Assembly (NCBI GenBank): GCA_036278735.1
Contig: DASUKM010000028.1
Span: 66,141-130,140 of the forward strand
From: Vicinamibacterales bacterium
GTDB lineage: Bacteria > Acidobacteriota > Vicinamibacteria > Vicinamibacterales > 2-12-FULL-66-21
Direction: 5' to 3'
Length of the DNA stretch: 64,000 nucleotides
The notes beneath the pieces were generated by a model, which saw nothing but the letters and a program-made list of their open reading frames with translations, searched no databases and had not been told where the DNA came from. Below are positions 17,735 to 27,371 of the stretch, piece after piece. The position numbers were made by a program, and so were the translations under genes. Position 1 is the first letter of the stretch, and every line of letters begins with the position of its first letter.

Positions 17735-20700
17735 GGGTAGATCAGCCTCGATTCGATACGGGCACCGGGAAACAGGCGACTAGCCGCCTCGGCGTAGATC
17801 GCGGCCTGGGCATCATGCGCGGCGCGGGGCTGTCCGGTCTTGAACTCGACCACCACCACGGAGTCGTCGGGCCGGACGACGAGGCAATCGATCGTGCCGC
17901 GAAGAATGACCGGAGGCGTCCGCTCGAGGCGCAGCGAGAAGGGCACTTCGTGCAGACAGTCGCCCGACGCGAGCAGCGCGCACACATCCGAACGCGCCCG
18001 CAGCGTGCCGTAAATGGCCGTCGCGCGTGCGATGGCGTCCTCGACGTCGTCGACCGACGCGCGCTCATCCGGACGGACCAGCCAGTCGACCGTCCCGAGT
18101 CCTCCAGCTTCGGCCCGTCGGGCCTCGAACTGGAACAGCCGGTGCACCAGCGTCCCGATCAGCGAAGCGCTGTCGGACGCCGTCGGGATCGCCGGCTCGG
18201 CCGATCCGGCCAGCCACTGGGTGACCGACATCGCCTCGACGTCGGGCGGGTCTTCCACGATTCGAAAATTGCTCTCGGCGGTCGAGGGGATCGCGGGAGT
18301 CCCCGCCGGCGCGCAAGATTCGATTGCGGCGACGCGGCACACGCGAAACGCGTGCGCACGGTCCGGCGCTGGCACCCATGGCAGCGTCTGCTCCGCACCG
18401 GCCGCGGCCGCAAAGAGCTCCTGCAGCGACGCGGGCAGCACCTCTCCGAGGCTGCCCGGCCCCGGAGCCATGGCCCCGTTCTTGAGCAGCGAGGCCAGGT
18501 ACAGCCGATCGCGGGCGCGCGTCAACGCGACATACAGCAGCCGCTTCGTTTCCTCCTGCTCGCGCGCGCGCTCTTCCTGGTCGTCTTCGGAGACGAACGG
18601 GCCGATCGACACCGAGTCGTCCGCCAGCCGCACGGGACGGGGCGGTCCGGTTGCGCCCTTGGCGACGTTCACGACGAAGACGATCGGAAACTCGAGGCCT
18701 TTGGCGGCGTGCACCGTCATCAGATTCACCGCCTCGATGGCCTCGAGCACGGCGTTCGACTCGTCGCCGGCGGTCAGCGCGGCCAGGTCCTCGGCAATCC
18801 GGGCGAAGGTCGCGTACCCGCGGTTCTGGATGCGGCGGATCAGCCCGCGCATCTTCTTGAGATTCTCCCAGCCCTGCTGCCGGCGGGGCCCGCGCAGCTC
18901 GTAGGCGTACGCGCTTTCGACGAGGATCCGCTCGAGCAGCTCCGCGGGCGGGATCCGATCCACGAGGGGCAGCCACCGGCGAACCGCCGTGCGCGCCCGA
19001 TCCAGTGCGGCGCGATCGTCGTGGGCCAGCGCATCGATGGCCGCCGGGGCCGCCACGTCGACGAGCGCGCGGGCGAGCGACGGCGCCAACGCCGCCGACG
19101 CGGTGTCCGACAGCCTGATGAAGCGGGATCGCAGGAAGGCCGCGGTGCGCAGATCGGACGAGGGATCCGCGAGAAAGCGGATGAGCGCCAGCGCGTCCTT
19201 GATCTCGTCGGCGTCGAAGAAGCCGAGGCCTTTGTACACGTACGTCGGGATGCCGTGCGCCTCGAGCGCGGCTTCGAATTCGCGATGGCTCGCGCGGGAT
19301 CGGAACAGGATCGCGACATCGCCGGGGCGCGCCCGGCGCGCGATGCCGCTCTGGCGATCGCGCACGTCGTCTTCGCGCAGGATCCGGGCAATCTCGCCGG
19401 CGACGATCGCCGCACACGCCTCGGGGGTCTCCGCGACGGCGATCCCCAGCACCGGCACCTCGTGCGGCGGCTGCGGCGCCACGGGAAAGCGATCGCGTTC
19501 GCCGTACCGGAAGGCGTCGTCGCGCGCGGCCCCTGCGCCTATCTGTTCGAAGAGGTCGTTCACGAACGCGAGCAGCGGCGGCACGGCGCGAAGGCTGCGC
19601 GTGATCGATCGACGCGCCCCGCGTCCCGGCCGCAGCCCTTCGATGTAGTCGGCGGCGCGCGGCAGCACCGACACGTCGGCGTCGCGGAAGCGGTAAATCG
19701 ATTGCTTGCGGTCGCCGACGACGAAGATCGACGTGTCGCCGCCCGTGCCCGCCCCTTCGCCCCAGGCCTTGATGAGCAGCGACACCAGCTCCCACTGCTT
19801 GCGGCTCGTGTCCTGGAACTCGTCGACGAGCACGTGCTGGTACCGGTTCTCGAGCTGGAAGCGGCTCTGCGAAAATTCGTCCATCCGCCGGAGGAGCAGG
19901 ACGGCGCGCTCGAGCACGCCGGAGAAATCGATCACGGCCCGCTCGTCGAGCGCGGCCTCGTACTGCTTCTGCGCGATCGCGAACATCTTCCGGACGCCGC
20001 GCGCCAGCACGACGTTCAGATCCCGCGCGAAGCGGTGCAGCGCTTCCGCGACCGGCGCGCTCAGCGCCACGACGGCGGCGCGATGCCGGCGGGCCGCCGC
20101 GGCGCTGGGGTAGTCCTGCGCCCTGTAGGGCGCCAGGCTGCGGTCCGACTGGCGCGGGGTGCCGTCCGCCCGCAGAAAATGCGCGGCGACACGGTCCATC
20201 AGCGCGCGGGTGGACGCGTCGTCTTCGGCGCCAGCCGGCAGGGCGCGCAGGTCGCGCGCGAGCCGCTGGAAGCGCGGGTGCGCGAGAGGCCCGTCGGCGA
20301 GCCAGGCCGTCAGCCCGCCGGGGATCCCGGCCAGCAGACCCTGGAGCGACTCGCGGGCCGCGCGGCACACGTCGCCAGCGGTGAGCCCGGCGGGCCCGCG
20401 GGCCAGGAAGGCGTCGAGCACGTCCCACGCCACGAGCCGCCGTTCGAGCAGATGCGCGAGCCCCTCGCGCGCCCGGTTGATCCCGAGCTGCGCGAGCACG
20501 AGCGCGAAATCCGGATCGCTTCGCGCCCCCGCCGTGAAGATGCGCAGCGATCGATCGAGCGCCAGCTCGACGAGGGACGGCACCTGCGTTTCGTCCGCCA
20601 GATCGAAGCCGGGATCGACGTCCGCTTCGAGCGGAAACTCGCGAAGCAGCGAGAGGCAGAAGGCGTCGATCGTGCTGACCTGGATATCGGCGAGCCGGTC

Positions 20701-20988
20701 GCGCAGCTCCGCCCAGCGCCGCTGGTCGAAGACGGAACCATCCGCGGCGCGGCGCAGCTCGCGCAGGATCCGCTCCCGCATTTCGGCGGCCGCCTTGCGG
20801 GTGAACGTGATCGCCAGCACGTTGGCGGGATCGACGCCGCGCCGCATCAGATTGACGTAGCGCGCCACGAGCACGCTCGTCTTCCCGGTGCCGGCCGACG
20901 CCTCGAGCACGACGTTCTGCTCGGGGTCGACGGCAAACCGGCGCGCGCGCTCGTCGGCGTCGATCGCCGCCGTCGACGGATCATTCAT
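17731..20988 (-). CDS. addA: AddA-like UvrD-family helicase with C-terminal PD-(D/E)XK nuclease
   Basis: Helicase motif I EASAGTGKTSVL, UvrD-type motifs (VDEFQDTS, TVHAAKGLEFP, YVALTRA), C-terminal GTIDCLVV...VVVVEFKTG nuclease motif. ATG 20988 (MNDPSTAA). Confidence 0.85.
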   Translation of the reverse strand: MNDPSTAAIDADERARRFAVDPEQNVVLEASAGTGKTSVLVARYVNLMRRGVDPANVLAITFTRKAAAEMRERILRELRRAADGSVFDQRRWAELRDRLADIQVSTIDAFCLSLLREFPLEADVDPGFDLADETQVPSLVELALDRSLRIFTAGARSDPDFALVLAQLGINRAREGLAHLLERRLVAWDVLDAFLARGPAGLTAGDVCRAARESLQGLLAGIPGGLTAWLADGPLAHPRFQRLARDLRALPAGAEDDASTRALMDRVAAHFLRADGTPRQSDRSLAPYRAQDYPSAAAARRHRAAVVALSAPVAEALHRFARDLNVVLARGVRKMFAIAQKQYEAALDERAVIDFSGVLERAVLLLRRMDEFSQSRFQLENRYQHVLVDEFQDTSRKQWELVSLLIKAWGEGAGTGGDTSIFVVGDRKQSIYRFRDADVSVLPRAADYIEGLRPGRGARRSITRSLRAVPPLLAFVNDLFEQIGAGAARDDAFRYGERDRFPVAPQPPHEVPVLGIAVAETPEACAAIVAGEIARILREDDVRDRQSGIARRARPGDVAILFRSRASHREFEAALEAHGIPTYVYKGLGFFDADEIKDALALIRFLADPSSDLRTAAFLRSRFIRLSDTASAALAPSLARALVDVAAPAAIDALAHDDRAALDRARTAVRRWLPLVDRIPPAELLERILVESAYAYELRGPRRQQGWENLKKMRGLIRRIQNRGYATFARIAEDLAALTAGDESNAVLEAIEAVNLMTVHAAKGLEFPIVFVVNVAKGATGPPRPVRLADDSVSIGPFVSEDDQEERAREQEETKRLLYVALTRARDRLYLASLLKNGAMAPGPGSLGEVLPASLQELFAAAAGAEQTLPWVPAPDRAHAFRVCRVAAIESCAPAGTPAIPSTAESNFRIVEDPPDVEAMSVTQWLAGSAEPAIPTASDSASLIGTLVHRLFQFEARRAEAGGLGTVDWLVRPDERASVDDVEDAIARATAIYGTLRARSDVCALLASGDCLHEVPFSLRLERTPPVILRGTIDCLVVRPDDSVVVVEFKTGQPRAAHDAQAAIYAEAASRLFPGARIESRLIYP

Positions 20989-23905
20989 CGCCCACGTAAT
21001 CCTTCCGGCACACGGCCGAATACGCGCACCACGTGCAGCGGTACGGCTCCTCGGGCCGCACCGGGAAGTCGCCGCGCTCGATCGCCTCGACCGCCGCGAC
21101 GAGGCGCCGGCCCCCCTCGTCGAGCGCCGTGCCCACTTTGTCTCCGTCGGCCAGCGGCGTGAACGGCTTCCCCTTGAAGGCGACGTACCCCGCGATCGAC
21201 ACCTTCCACGCGCGGCCGTGCCGTCCCGCGAGCGCCTGCTCGGCGGCAACCCCGTAGACCGGCAGTTGCAGGGCGCGCTTGCGATCCGGCGCCCGCCCCA
21301 GCTTGTAGTCGATGACGCGCAGCGTGCCGTCGGCGAGCAGATCGATCCGATCCGCCTTTGACCGGATCTCGACCGGACGGATCCCCTCGCCGGTCGTGAA
21401 CGCGAAGGTCCCCGTCAACTGATGCTCGAGCAGCCGCTCGACGACATCGATGGGCTGTTCGGCCTCGAATCCGAACGCGCGATCCGCAAGGCCGGAGGCC
21501 GCCGCCGAACCCAGCAGGAACGTGCGCTCGAGCGCACGGTCGGCCTCGGGCAGCCGCGCGAGATGGACCTCGGCGATCTCCGCAAACAACGACGCCGCGA
21601 CGTCCACGTTCGCGAGCGTGATCGCCCCATGTCCGGCTCGCTGCCATGCTTCGAAAAACGCGCAGAAGACCTCGTGCACCAACTGCCCGCGTTCGAGCGG
21701 CGTCAGCCAGCCTTCCTCCTCGCGCTCTTCGGGCAGCGCCAGCACGCGGCTCGCGTAGTACTTGAACGGGCATTCGAGGTAGCGCTCGACGTAGCTGATG
21801 CCGTAGGCGACGGCCGGCTGCGAATCGGTCTGCCCATGGAATCTCGCGGCGTCGAACGCCGGCAGGCGGCGTCGCGTGCCCAGCCAGGCCGCGGCCTCCG
21901 GCTCGAGGGCGGAGGGGTCGACGGGCTCGTCGGCGAGTGCTTCGTGGACGAAGATGCGACAGGTGGAAGCGATCTCGGGGCGCTCGACCGGCAGCCCGGC
22001 CGCCATCGCCTCCTCCGCGAACGCCGACGGCAACACCATCGCGTCGTCTTCGAGCGTGAAGCCGGAGAGCGAGACGCGACGGCGTGGCAGCCGCAGCAGG
22101 TCCTGGAACGCCGCGCGTGCCCCGGCCCGCCGATCCTTCTCGTCCGGCCACCCGAGCGGCGACAGCAGCGACGGCGGAAAAAAGATGCTGCGCGCGGCCC
22201 GTTCAGGCCAGTCCTGTTCGACGAGCCCGACGATGCGCAGATCGTCGACGTCGGCGTACGCCGCGGCGCGCGCGTCCAGCAGCCGCACGCCGCGCTGCCC
22301 CGTCGTCTCGCCGAACGTCTGCCCTTCGATCCAGCGACGTACGCTGTTGGCCAGGTCGGCGATCGACCAGGGATCGTCGTGGTAGGCGGCGTGGGCGTCG
22401 CGAAGCTGCTGAAGCGCCGACACAATCGCGGCGCGCGCCCGGACGTGCCGGGCGGCGATCGCGGCCGTCGCTTCGTCGGACGGATCCGGCGGCGCGCGGC
22501 GCTCGTGCGCCGAGATGAATTCGAGCAGCCGCTGAATCTGCGCCGACGGACGAGCCTCGCGCAGCGGCTCGAGCTCCGCCGCAATCGACGAGCAGACGGT
22601 CAACGCGCGCGCGGCCGCCGCATTCTCGAGGCCGGCGAGGCGCTCGGCGCCGCCGAGATACTTCTGTTTCACGAGCGCGCGGTCGAGCGCGGCGATATCG
22701 GATCGCGTCAGGGGACGGCCGTCCGCCTCGAAGACGAAATGCGGCGAGCGGAGCAACTGCAGCAGCGAGCGCCGATTGAATCCCGATGTGACGCACGCGA
22801 AGAGCAGATCGACGGCCGCGGCAAACGGCTCGGCCGCCAGCGGCAGCGCGTCGAGCGCCTGATAGGGGATGCGGGCGTCGCCGAACACCTGGCGCGCCAG
22901 GTACAAGTAGGGAAGGGGACGCTGAAACACCACTGCCCGGCGGTCCAGCCGCGTCGCGCCCGCGCGGTCCGCTTTGACCGCCCGCGCGACCTCGACGAGC
23001 TCCTCCTCGCGATCGCGGCACACGAACACGGCCTGAGCCGGCGGCGCCACCAGGATGGGGTCAGATCTTGTTTCGTGCATCGCCGCGCCAGGCATGTCCG
23101 CCGCGCGCACCTCGTCGATGCCCGGCAGCAGGTCGTGCACGCGCTCGTAGTACCCGGACGCCAGCATGGCCTCGGTCGCGACGACGTCGAGACGCGCAAG
23201 GCGCGGCAGCCGCGCGAGCAGGTCGAAATCGGCACGCCAGAGGCCGCTGCGATCCGCCGCCTGGTCGGCGACGGTCACGATCGCGTGTTCGTAGGTCGGC
23301 GACTCGGCGGCGAGCGCCAGCGCGCGCACCTGATGTTCGTCGAGGCGGCCGCTCTCGACGACGGCGCGTTCGAAAGCTGTGAAGGCGGCGGCGAGAAAAC
23401 GCGTCTGGTGCAGCAGGCGCTCGGCGCCGTGGTCGGTGTCGGCGCTCGGCTCGAGCGCGCCGGTCAGGAGCCGGTCGAAGGTCGCCACCGTCCGGTTGTG
23501 CCGGCGCAGCTCGTCGTAGAGCGCGAGCATGCCGGCCACGAGGCCGGCCCGCACCCGGAACGGCGGCCCGGCACCCGCCGCGCCAGCCTCCGCGGCCGCC
23601 CGCCGGAACAGCACCTCGCGATCGAACGGCGTCAGCAGCGGCGGCGCTCCGGGGAGCCGCTCATGAAGGCGGCGGTACAGTTCGTCGCGGGTGACGATGT
23701 CGGGGAGCACGAGCGCGGGACGGCTGGATCCGAGCAGCCGGCGTTCGAGCGTGCGGCGCAGTTCGCGGGCGGCGCCGTGCGACGGGACGATCGCGATCGT
23801 CTGCCTCGCCACGAGGGGAGAGGCGGGCAGGACGCTGGCGATCGCCCGATGAAAGGCCTGGAGATCGGGAACCCGCAGCAGGCGGGTCGTGCGCGGGGTG
23901 ATCAC
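20981..23905 (-). CDS. addB: AddB-like PD-(D/E)XK nuclease subunit with Cys cluster
   Basis: C-terminal RADRIDLLADGTLRVIDYKLG nuclease motif plus Cys residues (YLECPFKYY...CTWCAYSAVC) as in the AddB Fe-S domain. GTG 23905 overlaps the upstream stop (GTGA). The 3' end overlaps the addA start by 8 nt. Confidence 0.75.
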   Translation of the reverse strand: MITPRTTRLLRVPDLQAFHRAIASVLPASPLVARQTIAIVPSHGAARELRRTLERRLLGSSRPALVLPDIVTRDELYRRLHERLPGAPPLLTPFDREVLFRRAAAEAGAAGAGPPFRVRAGLVAGMLALYDELRRHNRTVATFDRLLTGALEPSADTDHGAERLLHQTRFLAAAFTAFERAVVESGRLDEHQVRALALAAESPTYEHAIVTVADQAADRSGLWRADFDLLARLPRLARLDVVATEAMLASGYYERVHDLLPGIDEVRAADMPGAAMHETRSDPILVAPPAQAVFVCRDREEELVEVARAVKADRAGATRLDRRAVVFQRPLPYLYLARQVFGDARIPYQALDALPLAAEPFAAAVDLLFACVTSGFNRRSLLQLLRSPHFVFEADGRPLTRSDIAALDRALVKQKYLGGAERLAGLENAAAARALTVCSSIAAELEPLREARPSAQIQRLLEFISAHERRAPPDPSDEATAAIAARHVRARAAIVSALQQLRDAHAAYHDDPWSIADLANSVRRWIEGQTFGETTGQRGVRLLDARAAAYADVDDLRIVGLVEQDWPERAARSIFFPPSLLSPLGWPDEKDRRAGARAAFQDLLRLPRRRVSLSGFTLEDDAMVLPSAFAEEAMAAGLPVERPEIASTCRIFVHEALADEPVDPSALEPEAAAWLGTRRRLPAFDAARFHGQTDSQPAVAYGISYVERYLECPFKYYASRVLALPEEREEEGWLTPLERGQLVHEVFCAFFEAWQRAGHGAITLANVDVAASLFAEIAEVHLARLPEADRALERTFLLGSAAASGLADRAFGFEAEQPIDVVERLLEHQLTGTFAFTTGEGIRPVEIRSKADRIDLLADGTLRVIDYKLGRAPDRKRALQLPVYGVAAEQALAGRHGRAWKVSIAGYVAFKGKPFTPLADGDKVGTALDEGGRRLVAAVEAIERGDFPVRPEEPYRCTWCAYSAVCRKDYVGDE

Positions 23906-25299
23906 TTCAGTTCGGGCCGCCTGGAGAGCCGTTCGAGCTCGCCTGTCGCGCGCTCGAACATCATCAACGCGCCGGAAGCGGCCGAGGCGGCATCCCACGC
24001 GGTGGCCATGTTGCCGGAAGCGATCGCACGCTGCCGCGCCGACGCGGCGCGCGCCGCCATCTGCATCGCGCTCGTGAGCAGCGTCTGCACGGTCGCCGCC
24101 TCGGCCGGCGGTCGCGTCAGCGCGAGCAGGCGTTCGCCGAGCGACGCGCGATCGGCGAGGCGCGCGAGGGCGCTCCGCGACGGTCCCGCCAGATCGCGGA
24201 TGTCCTCGAGCGCACGGCGGCAGCCGCGCAGCAGGCCCGAGGGCTCCGCAATCGCCTTGCGGTACCGCCGGAGCTGCGCGCCGCTCGCCGCCCAGCGGTC
24301 GCGTTCGAGCCTCAGCCGGCGGGCCGCGGCGAGCCGGGAGTCGAGCAGCGAGAGCAGCGCCGAGTAGGCCTGCGGACGCTTGTGGCCCAGCCGGTCGTCG
24401 GTCCGGAGCGCACGCGCGATCAACTGCTGGAGCCCGCGGACGTCGGCGTCATGCGCTTTGTCCCGCGAGGAACGCGCCAGGTCTTTGGTCAGCGACGCAT
24501 ACGCCCGATCCGTCCGGTCTTCGATCTCGATCTCGGACGAGACGCGCGCGCGCAACGGCGGCGCCCACCCCTCGTCGCGCACCTCCTTCAGCTCGTCGCC
24601 GACGGCGTGCAGCAGCGCGACGCGCTCGGTGGGCTCCGGCGTCAATGCAGCCACGCGCACCGCTTCCTCGAGGCGCTCCTGCTCGGTCGGCGCCGCGAGC
24701 AGCGGCACGGCCGGCGGCCCCGACGTCGTCGCCACGAAGCTCAGGTCGAAGCGCGTGCCGCCTGTCGCGGCGCGCGCCTCGGAGACGATCGAATCGAAGA
24801 GCCCCGCGAGCTGTGAAATGTCCGGCGCGCGGTAGCCGTAGTGATCCGCGGCCCACTGCATCAGGTTCTTCCGCGCTTCGGTGGCCATGGCCAGCCGGCG
24901 CTTCGGCTCGGGGGTCAGCGCTATCTCGTTGAGCACGCGCGCGACCTCGTTGGTGAGGAGCACGTAATCGTTGGGTCCGTCGGTCGCGGCGTACTCGGCC
25001 GCGCGCACCGCCTCGGCATAGTCGCCGGTGCGCTTCCAGTCGACCGACGATTCGGGGATGCTCACGAGCTGCAGCGTCGGGGCGTCTTTCGTGCCGCCAA
25101 TCGGCAGCGAAAACACGACGCGATCGGTCACGCGCGCAAACGTGCCGTAGCTGACGAGCGTCGAACCGTCGTGAAGGAAAATTCGATAGAGCGTCGGGGC
25201 GCCGCTCGGCGCCGCGGCCCCCGGCGCGCTGGAGAACAGGAGCAGGAGCAACGCCAGCAGCGCGGCGGCGCCCGGAGCCGTTCCCGCCTGCTTTGCCAT
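23902..25299 (-). CDS. secreted hypothetical protein (465 aa)
   Basis: Signal peptide MAKQAGTAPGAAALLALLLLLFSSAPGAAAPS, then non-repetitive, largely helical sequence. No family recognised. ATG 25299. Confidence 0.65.
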   Translation of the reverse strand: MAKQAGTAPGAAALLALLLLLFSSAPGAAAPSGAPTLYRIFLHDGSTLVSYGTFARVTDRVVFSLPIGGTKDAPTLQLVSIPESSVDWKRTGDYAEAVRAAEYAATDGPNDYVLLTNEVARVLNEIALTPEPKRRLAMATEARKNLMQWAADHYGYRAPDISQLAGLFDSIVSEARAATGGTRFDLSFVATTSGPPAVPLLAAPTEQERLEEAVRVAALTPEPTERVALLHAVGDELKEVRDEGWAPPLRARVSSEIEIEDRTDRAYASLTKDLARSSRDKAHDADVRGLQQLIARALRTDDRLGHKRPQAYSALLSLLDSRLAAARRLRLERDRWAASGAQLRRYRKAIAEPSGLLRGCRRALEDIRDLAGPSRSALARLADRASLGERLLALTRPPAEAATVQTLLTSAMQMAARAASARQRAIASGNMATAWDAASAASGALMMFERATGELERLSRRPELK

Positions 25300-25336
25300 G
25301 GAAGAACCTAGCCTAACAGATGCCGCGAACCCGCGG

Positions 25337-25380
25337 TGTGGAAAACCTGTGGATGGATCGTGGAAACGCTGTGGAGAACC
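25337..25380. repeat. four tandem 11-bp units (consensus TGTGGAAAACC)
   Basis: tgtggaaaacc tgtggatggat cgtggaaacgc tgtggagaacc at exactly 11-bp spacing, followed by a T9 run at 25392-25400. Lies in the divergent intergenic region. Confidence 0.85.
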
Positions 25381-25539
25381 CGACAGGTCAATTTTTTTTT
25401 CGCGCGAACGTCTGGCCGGCACGGCCGGTGGGGTCCCCTGTGCATGCGTCTTCGACGGTTCTTTCGCCTTGCGCCCGTCGGCCAGCGCGCTAGAATGCAC
25501 GCTCCACCTCGCATCCAATCGCCACCAGGAACGCGCGCC

Positions 25540-25755
25540 GTGAACGTGCATCGCTTCGAAGAAGTCATCAACGGTCGCGAGTACCTCATCGAGGTGTCCG
25601 CGGTCAGCGCCGGCCAATGGCGCGCCCAGATCGCGCGGGTGCCCGGCGGGTCGCGCGCGCTGATGCCGTTCTACGGCCGCACTCCCGACGAAGCCGCGCA
25701 GCATCTCAGCCGCTGGCTCAGCCTGGCGCACGGCAAGCCGATGCCTCGGGTATAG
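25540..25755 (+). CDS. small hypothetical protein (71 aa)
   Basis: VNVHRFEEVINGREYLIEVSAVSAGQWRAQIARVPGGSRALMPFYGRTPDEAAQHLSRWLSL. GTG start. A candidate TTGCGC-N16-TAGAAT promoter lies at 25469-25496. Confidence 0.4.
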   Translation: MNVHRFEEVINGREYLIEVSAVSAGQWRAQIARVPGGSRALMPFYGRTPDEAAQHLSRWLSLAHGKPMPRV

Positions 25756-25763
25756 TGAGCGGC

Positions 25764-26858
25764 ATGCGCGCCGCTTTTCGTTTCGGTCTCCCCATCGTTC
25801 TGACCGCTGTTCTATCGCCGCTCGCGTCGGCACAGTCTGCCCCGGCGGCCGCGCCGGCGCCATCGACCCAGCCGACGGCGCTCCCGCGCGTGCGCCTCGT
25901 GGCCACCGGCGGCACCATTTCGAACAAGACGGGGGGCCGCCTCACGGCCGAGCAGCTCGTGGCCCTCATGCCCGGCGTCGAGCGGTGGGTCCGGCCCGAG
26001 TACGAACAGTTCAGCAACCTCGCCAGCGGACAGTTGACGCTCCAGCAGTGGCTCGACCTGTCGAGGCGGATCAACCAGCTACTCACTGAAGACGACGGAC
26101 CGGCCGGCGTGGTCGTGACGAGCGGGACCGACACGATGGAAGAGGTGGCGTACTTCCTCGATCTGACGGTCCGGTCCGACAAACCGGTCGTCGTCGTGGG
26201 GTCGATGCGCAATCCGAGCACGCTCGGCTATGAAGGGGCGGCCAACCTGCAGGACGCCTTCCGCGTGGCGGGCGACCCGGCGTCGCGGGGGCGCGGCGTG
26301 CTCGTGGTGCTGAACGACGAAATCAACGCGGCCCGCGAAGTGACCAAGACCGACGCGCTGCGGCTCGACACGTTCCAGAGCCGCCGCTACGGCATCCTCG
26401 GCGTCGTGGACAGCGACCGCGTCGTGTATTACCGCGACGATCTGAAGCGGCATACCCGCCAGAGCGAGTTCGACGTCTCGAGCGTACACGAGCTGCCGCG
26501 CGTCGACGTCATCTGGGTCTATCAAGGCGCTCCCGGCGACTTGATCAAAGCGGCGGTCGATCTCGGCGCGAAAGGAATCGTCGTCGCCACCGCCGGCGCG
26601 GGAGCGACGAGCGGCACGGAGGGGGAAGGGCTGCAGTACGCGATGAGCAAGGGGGTCTTCGTCGTCTTCACGACGCGGACGGGCAACGGACGGATTGCCG
26701 CCCGGCGCCGTGCGGCGACCGGTCCGAACGCCGCGCGCTTCGCCTACTGGATCGCCGGCGAGGACCTGCAGCCGGTCAAGGCGCGCATTCTCCTCATGCT
26801 CGCGCTGACGAAGACCCACGACGCGGCCGACATTCAGCGCATGTTCACCGAATACTGA
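25764..26858 (+). CDS. ansB: periplasmic type II L-asparaginase
   Basis: Signal peptide, catalytic Thr motifs VATGGTIS and VVTSGTDTMEE, C-terminal asparaginase domain. Confidence 0.85.
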   Translation: MRAAFRFGLPIVLTAVLSPLASAQSAPAAAPAPSTQPTALPRVRLVATGGTISNKTGGRLTAEQLVALMPGVERWVRPEYEQFSNLASGQLTLQQWLDLSRRINQLLTEDDGPAGVVVTSGTDTMEEVAYFLDLTVRSDKPVVVVGSMRNPSTLGYEGAANLQDAFRVAGDPASRGRGVLVVLNDEINAAREVTKTDALRLDTFQSRRYGILGVVDSDRVVYYRDDLKRHTRQSEFDVSSVHELPRVDVIWVYQGAPGDLIKAAVDLGAKGIVVATAGAGATSGTEGEGLQYAMSKGVFVVFTTRTGNGRIAARRRAATGPNAARFAYWIAGEDLQPVKARILLMLALTKTHDAADIQRMFTEY

Positions 26859-26874
26859 ACGGCGCGGCTCACCC

Positions 26875-27359
26875 ATGACCGCACCGGGCTGGTATCTGAC
26901 AGCGGGCCTCGTGCTCTGCGCGATGGCGATTGCCGCCACGCTCGTCGAGCGCCTGCGTGTCGCTGCGCTGGATGGAGCTGAAGCAGGACCGCGATCACGT
27001 CCCCGAACTGTCGTTCCTCATCACCGACCCTGAGCGGCGGATCGAAGCCGCCACCAGCCCCGACACGGCGTCGCTGTTCCTCGTCGAGGTGCTGCTGTTC
27101 GTCGTGATTCGCCCGGCTGCGACGTCGATCGGTCTGCTCGGCTCGCCGCTCCGTGGCGCGGAGCGCGCGCTCATCGGCTGGTTTGGCATCCGTGGGATCG
27201 GATCCGTCTATTACCTGGCGTACATCGTTCACCACGGCCTGTCGCCGGCGCTGCTGTCCCGCGATTGCCGTCTCGATCGTGCTGCACGGCATCACGGTGT
27301 CGCCGCTGATGGCCTGGTACGGACGGCACCCCGACGCGAGCACGCCGTTGACGGCGTAG
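26875..27359 (+). pseudogene. remnant of a CPA1-type cation/H+ antiporter (internal deletion plus frameshift)
   Basis: Three frames carry pieces of one protein. The N-terminal TM1 is MTAPGWYLTAGLVLCAMAIAATLVERL (ATG 26875, stops after 52 codons). Next comes LLFVVIRPAATSIGLLGSPLRGAERALIGWFGIRGIGSVYYLAYIVHHGL (frame of ORF 26930). Last is AIAVSIVLHGITVSPLMAWYGRH* (frame of ORF 27153). The roughly 250-aa transporter core is absent. Confidence 0.55.
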
Positions 27360-27371
27360 GCGCGCGAGGAT

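Noticed and set aside
17815-24367. 1115-aa and 981-aa plus-strand ORFs (17815..21162 and 21422..24367), plus many nested ORFs
   Set aside because: They are antisense or alternate frames of the addA-like and addB-like genes. They are Arg-rich and lack any helicase or nuclease motif, whereas the minus-strand products have them.
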